From assembly GCA_018055905.1 (NCBI GenBank), contig JAGPGT010000001.1:1075-65074 (forward strand): a stretch of DNA of 64,000 bases, in the 5' to 3' direction. This document shows, in pieces, positions 27,647 through 37,848 of the stretch; the stretch's first letter is position 1, and the number at the start of each line of letters is the position of its first letter. Under the pieces are notes generated by a model. It was not told the origin of the DNA. It did no database searches and saw only the letters and a program-made list of their open reading frames with translations. The DNA comes from Phycisphaerae bacterium. Its GTDB lineage: Bacteria; Planctomycetota; Phycisphaerae; Sedimentisphaerales; Anaerobacaceae. Both the position numbers and the translations under genes were made by a program.

Positions 27647-28108
27647 ATGCGCGGAACAGCGGTTCTTGTCATCGTGGGGTTGGCCGCCTCGGCTGCTGCG
27701 GCGGCCTTCAGCGACGAGCTGGCGGAACCCGTTCGGATCGAGGCTGGCGGCAAGCCGATCGACACCGAGATCGGTCATGCGGCCCCGTTCGTCTGCGATT
27801 TCGACGGCGACGGCCGACCTGATCTGCTCGTCGGCGACTACTGCACGCTCAAACCCGATCGTTCCGATCCGACGCCTGAGGAACAGGCCCGGTACGATCA
27901 GATCCAGAAGGAACTGGAACCGCTGGAGATACGCTTCGGCGAACTGATCCAGAAGCTCCGGGCCGCCGACCGACCGAAGACGAAAGAGCAGCAGAACAAG
28001 CTTTACGAGGATCTGAACGAGATCAGCAGGAAGATATCGCCTTTGCGTTCGCAACTTCCGCGGGAGTATGAGCCCCACGGTTGGGTGTGGCTGTTCCTCC
28101 GCAAATAA
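27647..28108 (+). CDS. Secreted protein with one FG-GAP/VCBS-like motif and a coiled-coil tail
   Basis: GGGAGG upstream of ATG 27647. Signal peptide MRGTAVLVIVGLAASAAAAA. DFDGDGRPDLLVGD motif. The overlapping antisense ORF 27575..28138 is rejected. Confidence 0.55.
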   Translation: MRGTAVLVIVGLAASAAAAAFSDELAEPVRIEAGGKPIDTEIGHAAPFVCDFDGDGRPDLLVGDYCTLKPDRSDPTPEEQARYDQIQKELEPLEIRFGELIQKLRAADRPKTKEQQNKLYEDLNEISRKISPLRSQLPREYEPHGWVWLFLRK

Positions 28109-28349
28109 GGAACTGCGAGTTGCCTTATGTGATCTCACCGTCGAACCGATGCTTGAAAATCTGCTGCTGTGACGGTGTCTGCACTGCGGTTCGCAAACCC
28201 TATTGACGATCTCGCGGCAATCGGCACAATACAGGCTGCGTTGTGTTCGCCGGACCGGCTCTCGCCGGAGGGTCGTCGGGCGAGCTTGGTTTAGGGTCGA
28301 TTACCGACGGCTGCGGTCGCGGATTGTCATAGGAATGGAGGTTTCGTCA

Positions 28350-28610
28350 ATGGCGGAGCGTGTGACTTACCACGTGCTGCCGGGAGAGGGGGGAAGTTGG
28401 GTCATCAAGCTGATGAATACCGGTCAGGTCGTCAGCGGCCACCGGTCCAAAATGGAGGCTATTCTTCACGGTCGGGAACTGGCCCAGAGCCATGAATACA
28501 GCCTGCTGGCGGTCCACGACCGCGATTGTCGGCTGGAGCGACAATACACGTACGGGTGGGACCGAGACCTCTTTCCCGAACGCCGGAGCGTGAAGAAACC
28601 CAGCTCCTGA
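28350..28610 (+). CDS. DUF2188-like small protein
   Basis: GGAGG 8 nt upstream of ATG 28350. YHVLPGEGGSWVIKLMNTGQVVSGHRSKMEAILHGRELAQS...LLAVHDRDCRLE fits the DUF2188 pattern (W.V.......S.H..K.EAI..A...A......L.IH..DG.I). Confidence 0.55.
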   Translation: MAERVTYHVLPGEGGSWVIKLMNTGQVVSGHRSKMEAILHGRELAQSHEYSLLAVHDRDCRLERQYTYGWDRDLFPERRSVKKPSS

Positions 28611-28663
28611 TCGCCCACTAGGATGTCGGCGAGCGGATTCTGTCGGTGGTTTGGAGAATAGAG

Positions 28664-29119
28664 ATGGAGTATTCGGTCGGTCAGGTGGGCCGGGTGGTGG
28701 TAGCCCGGTTGTACGAGGGCGAGGATCTGCACGCGTCCATCGACAAGATCGTTCGCCAGGCCAATATTCGTTGTGCATCGATCTTCATCGTGGGTGGTTT
28801 CCGCACTGCGGCGGTCGTCGTCGGGCCCGAGCGGGAGAAGCCCCAGATCGTGCCGCGATTCACCACGTTCACCGGTCCCGGCGAGGTCCTGGGCGTCGGT
28901 TCGCTCTACTGGGACGACACGGGCCCCCGGCTGCACATCCATACCGCCATCGGCAAAGGCGGCCAGAGCCTCATCGGTTGTCCACGCCACGACGTTCGCG
29001 CGTTCCTCATCCTGGAAATCACCATCCTCGAGATCACCGGTATTGAGGCGACACGCCAACTCGATCCCGGCAGCGGCATGAAACTGCTCCGTCTGAGGAT
29101 GGACGGGCGCAAGGAGTGA
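28664..29119 (+). CDS. PPC (DUF296) domain protein
   Basis: VARLYEGEDLHASIDKIVRQANIRCASIFIVGGFRTAAVV...LGVGSLYWDD..PRLHIHTAIG is typical of the plants-and-prokaryotes-conserved DUF296 fold. Confidence 0.6.
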   Translation: MEYSVGQVGRVVVARLYEGEDLHASIDKIVRQANIRCASIFIVGGFRTAAVVVGPEREKPQIVPRFTTFTGPGEVLGVGSLYWDDTGPRLHIHTAIGKGGQSLIGCPRHDVRAFLILEITILEITGIEATRQLDPGSGMKLLRLRMDGRKE

Positions 29120-29140
29120 AACGGTAGACGATACGGGTCG

Positions 29141-29181
29141 TTGAAAGAAAGAGGGGGCCGTGTTTTGTGGACGCGGCCCCC
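29141..29181 (-). terminator. Intrinsic terminator for the LamG/discoidin gene
   Basis: 8-bp stem GGGGGCCG/CGGCCCCC (29153-29160 / 29174-29181) with a 13-nt loop. On the minus strand it is followed by TCTTTCTTTCAA. Lies 36 nt past the stop at 29217. Confidence 0.6.
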
Positions 29182-29216
29182 GTCGGATTGCAGGGTTGCC
29201 CTTTTGCCTTGCTGTT

Positions 29217-32036
29217 TCACAGCGGCTTGTGGATCGGCAGTCTTCTGCCCGCCAGCCAGGCGATCTCCTCGGCCGAGAGGGCCTTGTTGTAGATTCGCAC
29301 TTCGTCGATCAGGCCGGGGAAATTCCCGCCTGCGGCGTGGGCGCGTTTGCCCATCTGGAAGTTGTCCTGCGTGTTCAGGACCCAGGCTTCGCTCGCAACG
29401 AACTGGCCGTCTCCGTACCAAGCGATCGTCGCGCCGTCGTAGGTGGCCGCGAGGTGATGCCACTCGAGGTCGATGGTCAGGATCGTTCGCTCCCAGCCGT
29501 AGGCGTGGATGCCGTACTGGTTGGTGCCGCCGATCTTGTTCATATCGAAGCTCTGCGCCGCGACGCCGTCCGGCTTGCTCGTGAAACCGAAAAGATTCGT
29601 CCAGTCGGTGAACGTCGTGTTGTCGGCCTTGACCCAGCCGGAGATCGTACGCGGAGCAGCTCCGCTGATTCCGACGCTGCCCACCGTCACGTAATCGTCG
29701 GTTCCGTCCAAACGAAGGGCCTGACCGTCCACACCCGCGGCGTAAGTAGGTCCGCCAACCGCGACACCGTTGCGTCCTTTGCCGGAGGAGTCCTTGACAT
29801 CTCCTTCGAATGCATACCAGGCGATCAGATTTGCGTTGTCGGGTTCGGCAGGCGTGGTGTACTGGGGGGCCTTTGGAGACAGGCGGATGTCGTCGAAGTA
29901 CAGTTTGCCCGTGGCGCCGGCGCCCTCGACACCGATGGTCAGCGAGCGGACGTTGCTCATACCCGTGATCTTGGTCAGGTCGATGTTCCAGGCCTGCCAA
30001 CCCGTTCGGGCCAGGTCTTTTTCATCGCCGTTGTAGGACACCTTGGCGTTGTTGATTTTGACGTAGAGCTTGCCGGTGTTGCCGGCGGTTCCTGCGAAGT
30101 GGATCGCCAACGTCTTGACGCCGTGGGCGGTCCAGTCCTGAGCGTCGTCGAATGTCCGCTTGGCTTCGGAGAACGCAAACGACGTGTTGTCGTATGTCAG
30201 GGGCATCGATTGCGATCCGCTGCGGACGACGGTTCTTTCCGCGAACGGGGCCTCGTTGTACCCGACCTGCGAACCGCTGGCCTTGTCGGTCAGCCCGTCG
30301 ATCCAGGCGTGCCAGATCGTGGTCTCGGCGTCGATATCGTCGTTGTAGCGGTCGAAATCCTCGACGACCACGAATTCCTCGGTCGTGAAGCTCCAGACGT
30401 CGCCGGGATAGTTGCCCGGTTGGCCGCCGGCGTGGCCGTCGCTGCTTTCGTCCACCTTCCAGAAGTACTTTGTTCCGAGCGACAAATTCGCGGGGGTGTA
30501 GCTGTGATCGGTCACGGTCGCCGTTTCGCCGCGTCCGGGGTCTTGGGCGTCCGGTCCGATGGAAACGGTATGTGAGGTTGCCTCCCGACCCGGCCGCCAG
30601 GACAGACTGACGCCGACGCTGACGTTGGTGGCTCCGTCCGGCGGCTGCGGTCCGAACGCCTGCAACGGGATGTAGAAGAACCGCACCTCGCTGAGGCTGG
30701 TCTGCTGCGTCACGCCGCCCCAGTTGCTGTTGATGGTCACCCGGACGTACTTGGCCATGATGCCGCCGAAATCAACGATCGTGTCGGCTGTGTAGGTTGC
30801 CACGCCGGGCGCTCGGGTGAACTCGGGCACGCCCTCCAGGACCGTCCATTTTTCGCCGTCGGTGGAATGCTCGATCACGACGTCCTTGGCGCCGAATCCA
30901 ACAAACGCCTCGACGACCTGGTTGGCGTTCCAGACCCAAAACTGGTCGAACTTGTAGACCTTGTCGAATTCGTACTGGATCCAGTGCGGTTTGGTGGTGC
31001 CGCTCATCCACATATCCGTCATCGAGGTCGAATGTTGGTTCGCCGCGTTCAGGCCCGAGCCGTTGATGGTATTCTCCGGTCCAAAGCCGGGCTGGGAACT
31101 GGATGCTGTGGCCACGATGGGCACGATGGGATAAGAGAATGGCTCGACGGTGAAGCTCCAGACCTTGCCCTTGAAGACTGTGAAGTCGGGGGCCCCATTG
31201 GCTTCGTCAACCCGCCAGAAATACGTCTGCCCATAGTCCAACACACCCTCAGGACGATATGAAGCGTCCATCTGGTCCTTGCTTGCGAGCACGCCTCTCG
31301 GATCCGCCTCGTTCGCTGCGTTGACATCCGCAAAGCTCGTCCCGAAGTACACGTCGTGTGTTGCGATGAACTCCCCCGACCTCCACGACAGGATCGTGTC
31401 GCGGGGCACGTCCGTCGCGCCGTCGGGCGGCTGGGGCTCGGTCGCGAATCGCATCGTCGTGTCCATCAAGGGGGGCTGTTCGCCTACGTGCACACGGTCC
31501 ACCCACACCTTCGACGGAATCGTGTCGTTCTTCATCGCCCACCACTGGCCTTTGAGCATGAGGTAGATGGTGGCTTGCCACGCCGGATGGGCAGACATGG
31601 AATCGTCATTGTGCGTGTATTGGAACAGAAACGTCTGGGGTTCGGTGGTCAGGGCCACCCGCTGCATCACGATATCGATCCACGTCGGCACCTCCGGCTT
31701 GTACAACTGGATCAGGATGACCATTTCCCGCTCTTTGTCGGCCTTGGCGGTTACGCCGACCGGATAGGTCTTGCCCTTTTCGAATTTCAGGCCGCCTTGG
31801 GCGATTCCGATGCTCGTCACGGACGCGTCGGTCACGTCCATCAGCGCCGCGTTGGGCCCCGAGAGACGTGCCCCCGACACGACGGATATCGTATAGCCTG
31901 TGGTGCCGTACCGGCCCCAGGAGGTCAGACCGTCGTCGAATTCGCCGTTGATGATCTGATTCTCCTGGCCCCAGAGGACCGAAGAGAACCCTGCCAACAA
32001 CATCAGAGAAGCCAAACGGATGAATCCTCGGTTCAT
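29217..32036 (-). CDS. Large secreted carbohydrate-binding protein (CBM4/9-like + F5/8 type C discoidin + LamG/concanavalin-like domains)
   Basis: GGAGG upstream of ATG 32036. Signal peptide MNRGFIRLASLMLLAGFSS. NQIINGEFDDGLTSWGRYG (CBM_4_9-like). ATASSSQPGFGPENTINGSGL...HWIQYEFDKVYKFDQFWVWN (discoidin). LIAWYAFEGDVKDSSGKGRNG...LIDEVRIYNKALSAEEI (LamG). Confidence 0.8.
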   Translation of the reverse strand: MNRGFIRLASLMLLAGFSSVLWGQENQIINGEFDDGLTSWGRYGTTGYTISVVSGARLSGPNAALMDVTDASVTSIGIAQGGLKFEKGKTYPVGVTAKADKEREMVILIQLYKPEVPTWIDIVMQRVALTTEPQTFLFQYTHNDDSMSAHPAWQATIYLMLKGQWWAMKNDTIPSKVWVDRVHVGEQPPLMDTTMRFATEPQPPDGATDVPRDTILSWRSGEFIATHDVYFGTSFADVNAANEADPRGVLASKDQMDASYRPEGVLDYGQTYFWRVDEANGAPDFTVFKGKVWSFTVEPFSYPIVPIVATASSSQPGFGPENTINGSGLNAANQHSTSMTDMWMSGTTKPHWIQYEFDKVYKFDQFWVWNANQVVEAFVGFGAKDVVIEHSTDGEKWTVLEGVPEFTRAPGVATYTADTIVDFGGIMAKYVRVTINSNWGGVTQQTSLSEVRFFYIPLQAFGPQPPDGATNVSVGVSLSWRPGREATSHTVSIGPDAQDPGRGETATVTDHSYTPANLSLGTKYFWKVDESSDGHAGGQPGNYPGDVWSFTTEEFVVVEDFDRYNDDIDAETTIWHAWIDGLTDKASGSQVGYNEAPFAERTVVRSGSQSMPLTYDNTSFAFSEAKRTFDDAQDWTAHGVKTLAIHFAGTAGNTGKLYVKINNAKVSYNGDEKDLARTGWQAWNIDLTKITGMSNVRSLTIGVEGAGATGKLYFDDIRLSPKAPQYTTPAEPDNANLIAWYAFEGDVKDSSGKGRNGVAVGGPTYAAGVDGQALRLDGTDDYVTVGSVGISGAAPRTISGWVKADNTTFTDWTNLFGFTSKPDGVAAQSFDMNKIGGTNQYGIHAYGWERTILTIDLEWHHLAATYDGATIAWYGDGQFVASEAWVLNTQDNFQMGKRAHAAGGNFPGLIDEVRIYNKALSAEEIAWLAGRRLPIHKPL

Positions 32037-32513
32037 GGAATGCCTCCTTCCAAAAGGGAATTCCGGTAGCAGCGGAAAGGATCGGTGGTCACACACCAGG
32101 GATCCGGATCTTCGATGGGATGTGGGGCTCAGGATGTCTCACGTACAGCGTTTTACGCTGCTCATTCCTCCTTCTGCCTTCCTCGAGAAACGGGATTACG
32201 ACACGTGCGAAGCGTCGGTTCCCATACCGACAATCCTACCTGTTAGGGCGGTCGTTCGTCAAGGAAAAGCCGGTCGCTCATCGGAGGACAGTGCGACTAC
32301 GCCAGCGTCATCAGGAGCGACTTTATGGCTTGGGTGACGGCAGGGCCATAGCGCTGCGGGTCACCAATGTGGAAGATGAACCGGGTCGTCGTGTCGGAAG
32401 CGGGCGTCCAGTCGCTTCCGTCGGGACCTGTTCCGGTCAACCGGATGGGATCGAAGATGTTGCTGCAACAGTTTGACCGGTCGATCTCTACACCACATAC
32501 GTCAGATGATCTC

Positions 32514-32542
32514 TTGAGGTCTTCTCTGAGTGTGGATACTAT
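32514..32542 (+). promoter_or_regulatory. Candidate promoter TTGAGG-N17-TACTAT upstream of the ECF sigma gene
   Basis: TTGAGG 32514-32519, a 17-nt spacer, TACTAT 32537-32542. Lies 43 nt upstream of ATG 32585. Confidence 0.4.
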
Positions 32543-32584
32543 ACTATTGAGAATACCCTATGATGTCCCGATGCAAGAGAAATC

Positions 32585-33142
32585 ATGGCTGACGTTACAC
32601 GGATTTTGAATGCGATTGAACGGGGAGATCCCGAAGCCATCAATACCTTGCTTCCGGCTGTGTACGAAGAACTCCGCGAAATGGCCGACCGCAAGCTTGT
32701 AAGCGAAGGCCCAGGTCATACGCTTCAGGCGACCGCGCTGGTTCACGAGGCATACCTGCGTCTTGTCGGATCGGCCGAAAGCGGTTGGTCGAGCCGGGCT
32801 TATTTCTTTGGCGCGGCCGCTGAAGCGATGCGCCGTGTTCTGGTCGAGCACGCTCGAAAGAAGAAGAGCAAAAAACGGGGTGGAGATCGCAATCGCATCG
32901 ATTTTGCCGGCGCGGATGTGATGGCGGAGGAATCTCCGGAGGACTTGCTTGCCATGGACGAGGCTCTCGCCAAGTTTTCCCAGATCGATCCGCTCAAGGC
33001 GGAATTGGTGAAGTTACGTTTTTTTGCCGGTTTGAGCTTCGAGCAGGCCGCGGAATTGCTCGATATTTCCCCTGCCACGGCCAGAAGATATTGGAACTAC
33101 GCCAGAGCATGGTTGTACGGCCGCATCTGCTGCCCCGATTGA
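32585..33142 (+). CDS. ECF-type RNA polymerase sigma factor, TIGR02999 (kinase-associated, ECF43-like) type
   Basis: Family-typical N-terminus ILNAIERGDPEAINTLLPAVYEELREMADRKL....GHTLQATALVHEAYLRLVG...W.SRAYFFGAAAEAMRRVLVEHAR. Sigma region 4 LVKLRFFAGLSFEQAAELLDISPATARRYW. Confidence 0.85.
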   Translation: MADVTRILNAIERGDPEAINTLLPAVYEELREMADRKLVSEGPGHTLQATALVHEAYLRLVGSAESGWSSRAYFFGAAAEAMRRVLVEHARKKKSKKRGGDRNRIDFAGADVMAEESPEDLLAMDEALAKFSQIDPLKAELVKLRFFAGLSFEQAAELLDISPATARRYWNYARAWLYGRICCPD

Positions 33143-33265
33143 TCCCGCACTTTTTTCCGATTTTTCCGTAAAATTGTGATCGAATCTTCAGCGAATCTGC
33201 GCAGGTCCTGTAGAAAGGGCCGATAGCCCGACCTTGGTGGCAACGATAGGGAAGAGTCTTCTGTT

Positions 33266-36200
33266 ATGGCGTTGGAACGAAACCCAGAAGAACTATTCTA
33301 CCATGCTTTGGAATTGAAGGACCTCCGGAAACGGGCTGTCTACTTGGAAGAGGCCTGCGCCGGAGATGCGGACCTGCGGGCACAAGTGGAAGCTCTTCTG
33401 CGGTGGGACAGCCAAGCCGGAGGGTTCATGGACCTGCCGGATAGAGACCCCGACGCCACCCGAGAGGCTCCCCCTGTTCCAGACTTGACGGGTACGGAGA
33501 TCGGACGCTACAAGCTCCTCGAAAAGATCGGGGAAGGAGGGATGGCGACCGTCTACATGGCAGAGCAGAGACACCCGATCTGCCGGCGGGTGGCCTTGAA
33601 GATCATCAAGTTGGGGATGGACACCAAGCAGGTCATCGCCCGCTTTGAGGCGGAGCGTCAGGCCTTGGCCATGATGGACCACCCCAATATCGCCACGGTC
33701 TTGGACGCGGGGACCACCGAGACGGGCCGACCCTATTTCGTGATGGAGCTGGTCCGGGGGCTGTCGATCACTAAGTTCTGCGATGCCAATAATTTAACGA
33801 CGCAAGAGCGTCTGGAGTTATTCGTGTCGGTGTGCCACGCCGTCCAGCATGCCCATCAACGTGGGATCATCCATCGAGATATCAAGCCCTCGAACGTGCT
33901 GGTCACCCTGCACGATGGCAAGCCGGTTCCCAAGGTGATTGACTTCGGGATCGCCAAGGCCCTGAATCAGCGACTGACGGAGAAGACCATCTTTACCCGG
34001 TACTCCCAGATGATCGGCACGCCGGAATATATGAGCCCCGAACAGGCCGAGATGAGCGGGCTGGATGTCGATACGAGGACCGACGTCTTCTCGCTGGGTG
34101 TACTTCTTTACGAGTTGCTCACAGGTAGAACGCCATTCGACTCGCAGTACCTGCTCAGCAAGGGCTACGGTGAGATGCAGCGGATTATCCGTGAGGAGGA
34201 GCCGACGCGTCCGTCCACCAAGGTCAGCACTTTGGGAGAAGCTCTCACCGAGGTCGCTAAGCACCGCAAGGTGGCACCGGAGGCACTGAGAAAGTTGATG
34301 CGCGGCGATCTAGACTGGATCGTGATGAAGACACTGGAGAAAGACAGGACGCGTCGTTACGAGACGGTCCATTCCCTGGCTGAGGACATCCAACGACACC
34401 TGCGGAACGAACCGATCACCGCATCTTCGCCCGGTACGATCTATCGCATGCAGAAGTTCCTCCGGAGGAATCGGACGAAGGTCCTAACGTGGTCGGCGGT
34501 TGCGGTGATTGTCGTCGGTCTGCTGCTTGTCCCGGGCGCGTATCTGCGTTTTCGGACCGAGCGAATTCGAAACGACCATCTTCGAACGATCGCGTCGGTC
34601 GAGGACTTGGTCACCAGCGGCGACTACGAGCGGGCGCTGGCCGAGGTGAAACCCATCCTTTCCAGCCGGTTCGTCGGCCCGGAAGCAGGGCTTCTGAATG
34701 CACGGGCATTGCTGGAGATGCAGAACCCCGACGCCAGCGTCGAGCAGTTGTTCAAACTCTTGAACGAACGGTCCGAAATCGCCGCCAACGCCCATTTCCT
34801 CCTGGCGAGGATCTACCTGGAGTCCGCAGCCCGCGATCCTCACATGAAGGACAAGGCGGAGATTCACCTGCAGCATGGCGAACGACTGCTGCCGAGAACG
34901 GCCGAGGCCTTCTTGCTACGCGCTGTCGTGTCCCAGACGGTCGAGGGGACTCTCCGATGGCTCGAAGAGGCCCTGCAACTGGATCCGGGAAATCCCGACG
35001 CCCGCCGGGCCCGCGCGCTGACTTGTTTGGCGCTCGGCGAATACCGCGACATGGAAACAGAGGCATCCATTATGATCGGGAGCCAACCAAGGAACCCCAC
35101 GGGTTATTCACTTCGCGCCGTCGCGAGGCGTGAACTGGCGCTGGTCCAAAACGACAGTGATCTCCTGGGCAAGGCTTTGGCGGACCACAACCGCGCGATC
35201 GATCTGACGTCGCCATACGACAACCGCCTGGCGGATCTCCGCAATCAACGTCACCGGACTCTCGTGCGGATGGGCAGGTACGATGACGCTCTGACCGATA
35301 TGCAGGCCTGTGTCCAGATGCAGCCTCACAACTCATCCTACCATTTCAATCTGTTTTGTGTGCTGCTTGCGCTGGGTCGGTACGAGAAGGCGCAGACAGA
35401 GTACGAGAGCATTCTCAAGTCCGGCCTGATGACCCCGATGCACTTCGATTCCCTGGCCGCCAAGTACGTTTCCGACAGTCTGTGGTCGAGAGGCTCTTGG
35501 CACCCTCAGGACAGACCACCGGTGGGAGAGGTCTTCGAGAACATGCACGCCGCGGCCAGGCAATACCATCGCCTTGCCGAGCGGGCCCGGCGCGTTGTGC
35601 CGGAAGGGTTTCATCCGAGTTTCTCCCCCGACGGCATGCAGTTGGCGTACAGTCGAGGCGTGCTCGGCGCCAGCGGGATCGAGATCCTCGATCTCGGCAC
35701 AGGTAAGACCCGCCTCCTGACTGTGCCCGGCAAAGACCCGGCCTGGTCTCCCGACGGACGACACATTCTCTACGTTCGCGACCGACAGTTCTTGTCCATG
35801 CAGGACTTGGCGTCCCCGGAGCAGGAGAGGCCTCAGCAGTGGAAGCAGGAGGAGGTTTGGATCATCAAAGCCGACGGCACGGAGCGTCCGCGGCTGCTGG
35901 CCAAGGGCGGTTGGCCGAACTGGGCCGGCGATTCCAAGAGGCTCTACTACCACAGCCGTCTGGACAAGATGGTGTACTCTTTGTCGACCGATCCCAACAA
36001 CCCCGATCCGAAGAAGGTGTTCGCATGTGAATCGCAGTTTCCCGTGGTGTCGCCGGATGAGAAATCGATCGCATTCATTGACCAGAAGACCGGCGCGCTC
36101 AAGATCGTGGATCTGGCAGAGGGGTCGGAGGCGGCATCCTGGCCGGGGCTTGGCAGAAGCAGGCCTTCGTTCATCTCCTGGTCGGCGGATGGCAAGCGGT

Positions 36201-36418
36201 TGGCGATCGGGTGTTATTGGCAGGGAGGACTCTGGGTCTATGACGCGGACGCGAAAGAGGCGACCCAGGTATTCGACGGTTCCTTTGCCTGGTGCGCCTG
36301 GTCGGCGCCCGATATGAGCCGCATGGTCATCGAGCGTGCGTTTGGGTCGTGGCATCACGAGATTTGGATCGCCGATGTGGTTCAAGACGGAATTCCGATT
36401 GTCGCCCATAAGAAATGA
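33266..36418 (+). CDS. Ser/Thr protein kinase with one TM helix, TPR repeats and a C-terminal TolB/PD40-like beta-propeller
   Basis: Kinase motifs GEGGMATVY, ALKIIK, HRDIKPSNVLV, DFGIAK, GTPEYMSPEQ. TM helix AVAVIVVGLLLVPGAYL, TPR-like segment, PD40-like FSPDGMQLAYSR, PAWSPDGRHILYV, VSPDEKSIAFI, WSADGKRLAIG. Confidence 0.9.
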   Translation: MALERNPEELFYHALELKDLRKRAVYLEEACAGDADLRAQVEALLRWDSQAGGFMDLPDRDPDATREAPPVPDLTGTEIGRYKLLEKIGEGGMATVYMAEQRHPICRRVALKIIKLGMDTKQVIARFEAERQALAMMDHPNIATVLDAGTTETGRPYFVMELVRGLSITKFCDANNLTTQERLELFVSVCHAVQHAHQRGIIHRDIKPSNVLVTLHDGKPVPKVIDFGIAKALNQRLTEKTIFTRYSQMIGTPEYMSPEQAEMSGLDVDTRTDVFSLGVLLYELLTGRTPFDSQYLLSKGYGEMQRIIREEEPTRPSTKVSTLGEALTEVAKHRKVAPEALRKLMRGDLDWIVMKTLEKDRTRRYETVHSLAEDIQRHLRNEPITASSPGTIYRMQKFLRRNRTKVLTWSAVAVIVVGLLLVPGAYLRFRTERIRNDHLRTIASVEDLVTSGDYERALAEVKPILSSRFVGPEAGLLNARALLEMQNPDASVEQLFKLLNERSEIAANAHFLLARIYLESAARDPHMKDKAEIHLQHGERLLPRTAEAFLLRAVVSQTVEGTLRWLEEALQLDPGNPDARRARALTCLALGEYRDMETEASIMIGSQPRNPTGYSLRAVARRELALVQNDSDLLGKALADHNRAIDLTSPYDNRLADLRNQRHRTLVRMGRYDDALTDMQACVQMQPHNSSYHFNLFCVLLALGRYEKAQTEYESILKSGLMTPMHFDSLAAKYVSDSLWSRGSWHPQDRPPVGEVFENMHAAARQYHRLAERARRVVPEGFHPSFSPDGMQLAYSRGVLGASGIEILDLGTGKTRLLTVPGKDPAWSPDGRHILYVRDRQFLSMQDLASPEQERPQQWKQEEVWIIKADGTERPRLLAKGGWPNWAGDSKRLYYHSRLDKMVYSLSTDPNNPDPKKVFACESQFPVVSPDEKSIAFIDQKTGALKIVDLAEGSEAASWPGLGRSRPSFISWSADGKRLAIGCYWQGGLWVYDADAKEATQVFDGSFAWCAWSAPDMSRMVIERAFGSWHHEIWIADVVQDGIPIVAHKK

Positions 36419-36462
36419 GACGCACGGGAACGGTCATAGCCAATATGGGAAAGGAGTGAAGA

Positions 36463-37836
36463 ATGAGAGGCACAGTAGTGTTGATCGCGGTTGTTGTGAT
36501 GGCGACGGCTTGTGCCGGCGTGGCAGCCGACTGGCCGCAATATCTTGGCCCGGCCAGAAACTCAACGTCGTCAGAGAAGGGACTCTTACGTTCCTGGCCT
36601 GAGAAGGGGCCGCAGGTGCTATGGACTGTTGGTGTTGGCAGAGGCTTCGGCGGACCCGTCATCAAAGACGGCAAGGTCTATCTGCTCGACCGAGATGATA
36701 AGGTGGGCGATAACCTCCGGTGTTTCGATCTGGCCAACGGCAAGGAACTCTGGAACTTCGCCTATGACGCCCCCGGATCTGTCATGTTTCCTGGCTCTCG
36801 CAGCGTGCCGGCCGTTGACGGCAACCATGTCTATTCGTGCGGCCACAACGGGGATCTGTATTGTATCGACACAAACACACACAAACCCGTTTGGAACAAG
36901 AACGTGTGGACGGATTTCGGCGGAAAACCCGCCAGCGGCTCCTCGGGGGGATTTGGATCGCGTGAACCGGGTAGTTTTCCCATCTGGGCCATCACGCAGT
37001 GCCCCTTGGTTTACGGCGATTTGGTCATCGTCGCTTCGCAGGCTCCTGAGGCCGGCGTCGTTGCCTATGACAAACTCACGGGTGACGTGAAATGGAAAAC
37101 GCCCAATCTCGGCAATGAATCCTATGCCAGTCCTGCCGTGGTGAAAATAGACGGAAAAGACCACGTTGTTATGGTCATTTCATCGACGAATCCTTTTGGA
37201 AACCGAGGATTGCCTCAGACGCTGGGAAATGTAGTTGGAATAGAACCCCTGACGGGGAAGGTCCTTTGGGAGTACAAGCAGTGGAGGTGTCATATTTCGG
37301 TACCGAGCGCAGTTGATGCCGGCGACAACAAAGTACTTGTCGTGGGCGGATACGAACTCGGCGCCACAATGATCAAGGTCGAGAAGAAGGCCGATGGCAG
37401 CTACGGCGCCACAGAACTGTTCACCACGGAAGAATTCGGCGATCAAACGAAACCGCCCATCCTGTACAACGGTCATTTCTACGCTCAGTACGGCACTAAT
37501 AACCGACGGGACGGCCTGGTGTGTATGACCATGGGCGGCAAGATCCTGTGGAAGACGAAGCGCTCGCCGGATTTCAACAAGGGTAGCATGATCTTGGCCG
37601 ATGGCCTGATTCTGGCCACTGACGGAGCCAAGTCCTTGTACCTGATTGAACCCGATCCAGCTGGATTCAAGTCGCTTGCATCGGCGGAGTTACTTGGTGA
37701 TGCAGGAACGGAGAGTGAAGGCATCGCGCGGCAAGTCGGAGGGGCAACTCAGAACTGGGCGCCTTTGGCGCTTTCCGACGGCAAGCTTCTGATCCGAGAC
37801 CACGCCCAGTTGAAGTGTGTCAAAGTTGCTGAGTGA
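36463..37836 (+). CDS. Secreted PQQ-like (BamB-like) beta-propeller repeat protein, paralog 1
   Basis: AAGGAG upstream. Signal peptide, then DWPQYLGPARNSTSSEKGLLRSWPEKGPQVLW...GGPVIKDGKVYLLD. Repeated ...G.LYCID..T.K.VW... blades. Confidence 0.8.
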   Translation: MRGTVVLIAVVVMATACAGVAADWPQYLGPARNSTSSEKGLLRSWPEKGPQVLWTVGVGRGFGGPVIKDGKVYLLDRDDKVGDNLRCFDLANGKELWNFAYDAPGSVMFPGSRSVPAVDGNHVYSCGHNGDLYCIDTNTHKPVWNKNVWTDFGGKPASGSSGGFGSREPGSFPIWAITQCPLVYGDLVIVASQAPEAGVVAYDKLTGDVKWKTPNLGNESYASPAVVKIDGKDHVVMVISSTNPFGNRGLPQTLGNVVGIEPLTGKVLWEYKQWRCHISVPSAVDAGDNKVLVVGGYELGATMIKVEKKADGSYGATELFTTEEFGDQTKPPILYNGHFYAQYGTNNRRDGLVCMTMGGKILWKTKRSPDFNKGSMILADGLILATDGAKSLYLIEPDPAGFKSLASAELLGDAGTESEGIARQVGGATQNWAPLALSDGKLLIRDHAQLKCVKVAE

Positions 37837-37848
37837 AAGATTGTATTC

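Noticed and set aside
28906-30575. ORFs 28906..30000 (-) and 29160..30575 (+), 364 and 471 aa
   Set aside because: Out-of-frame or antisense to the LamG/discoidin protein gene (29217..32036), whose domains are recognisable. They show extreme Arg/Gly/Pro bias.
35333-36409. 358-aa minus-strand ORF inside the kinase gene
   Set aside because: Antisense to the PD40-repeat region of the Ser/Thr kinase; no start context or motifs.
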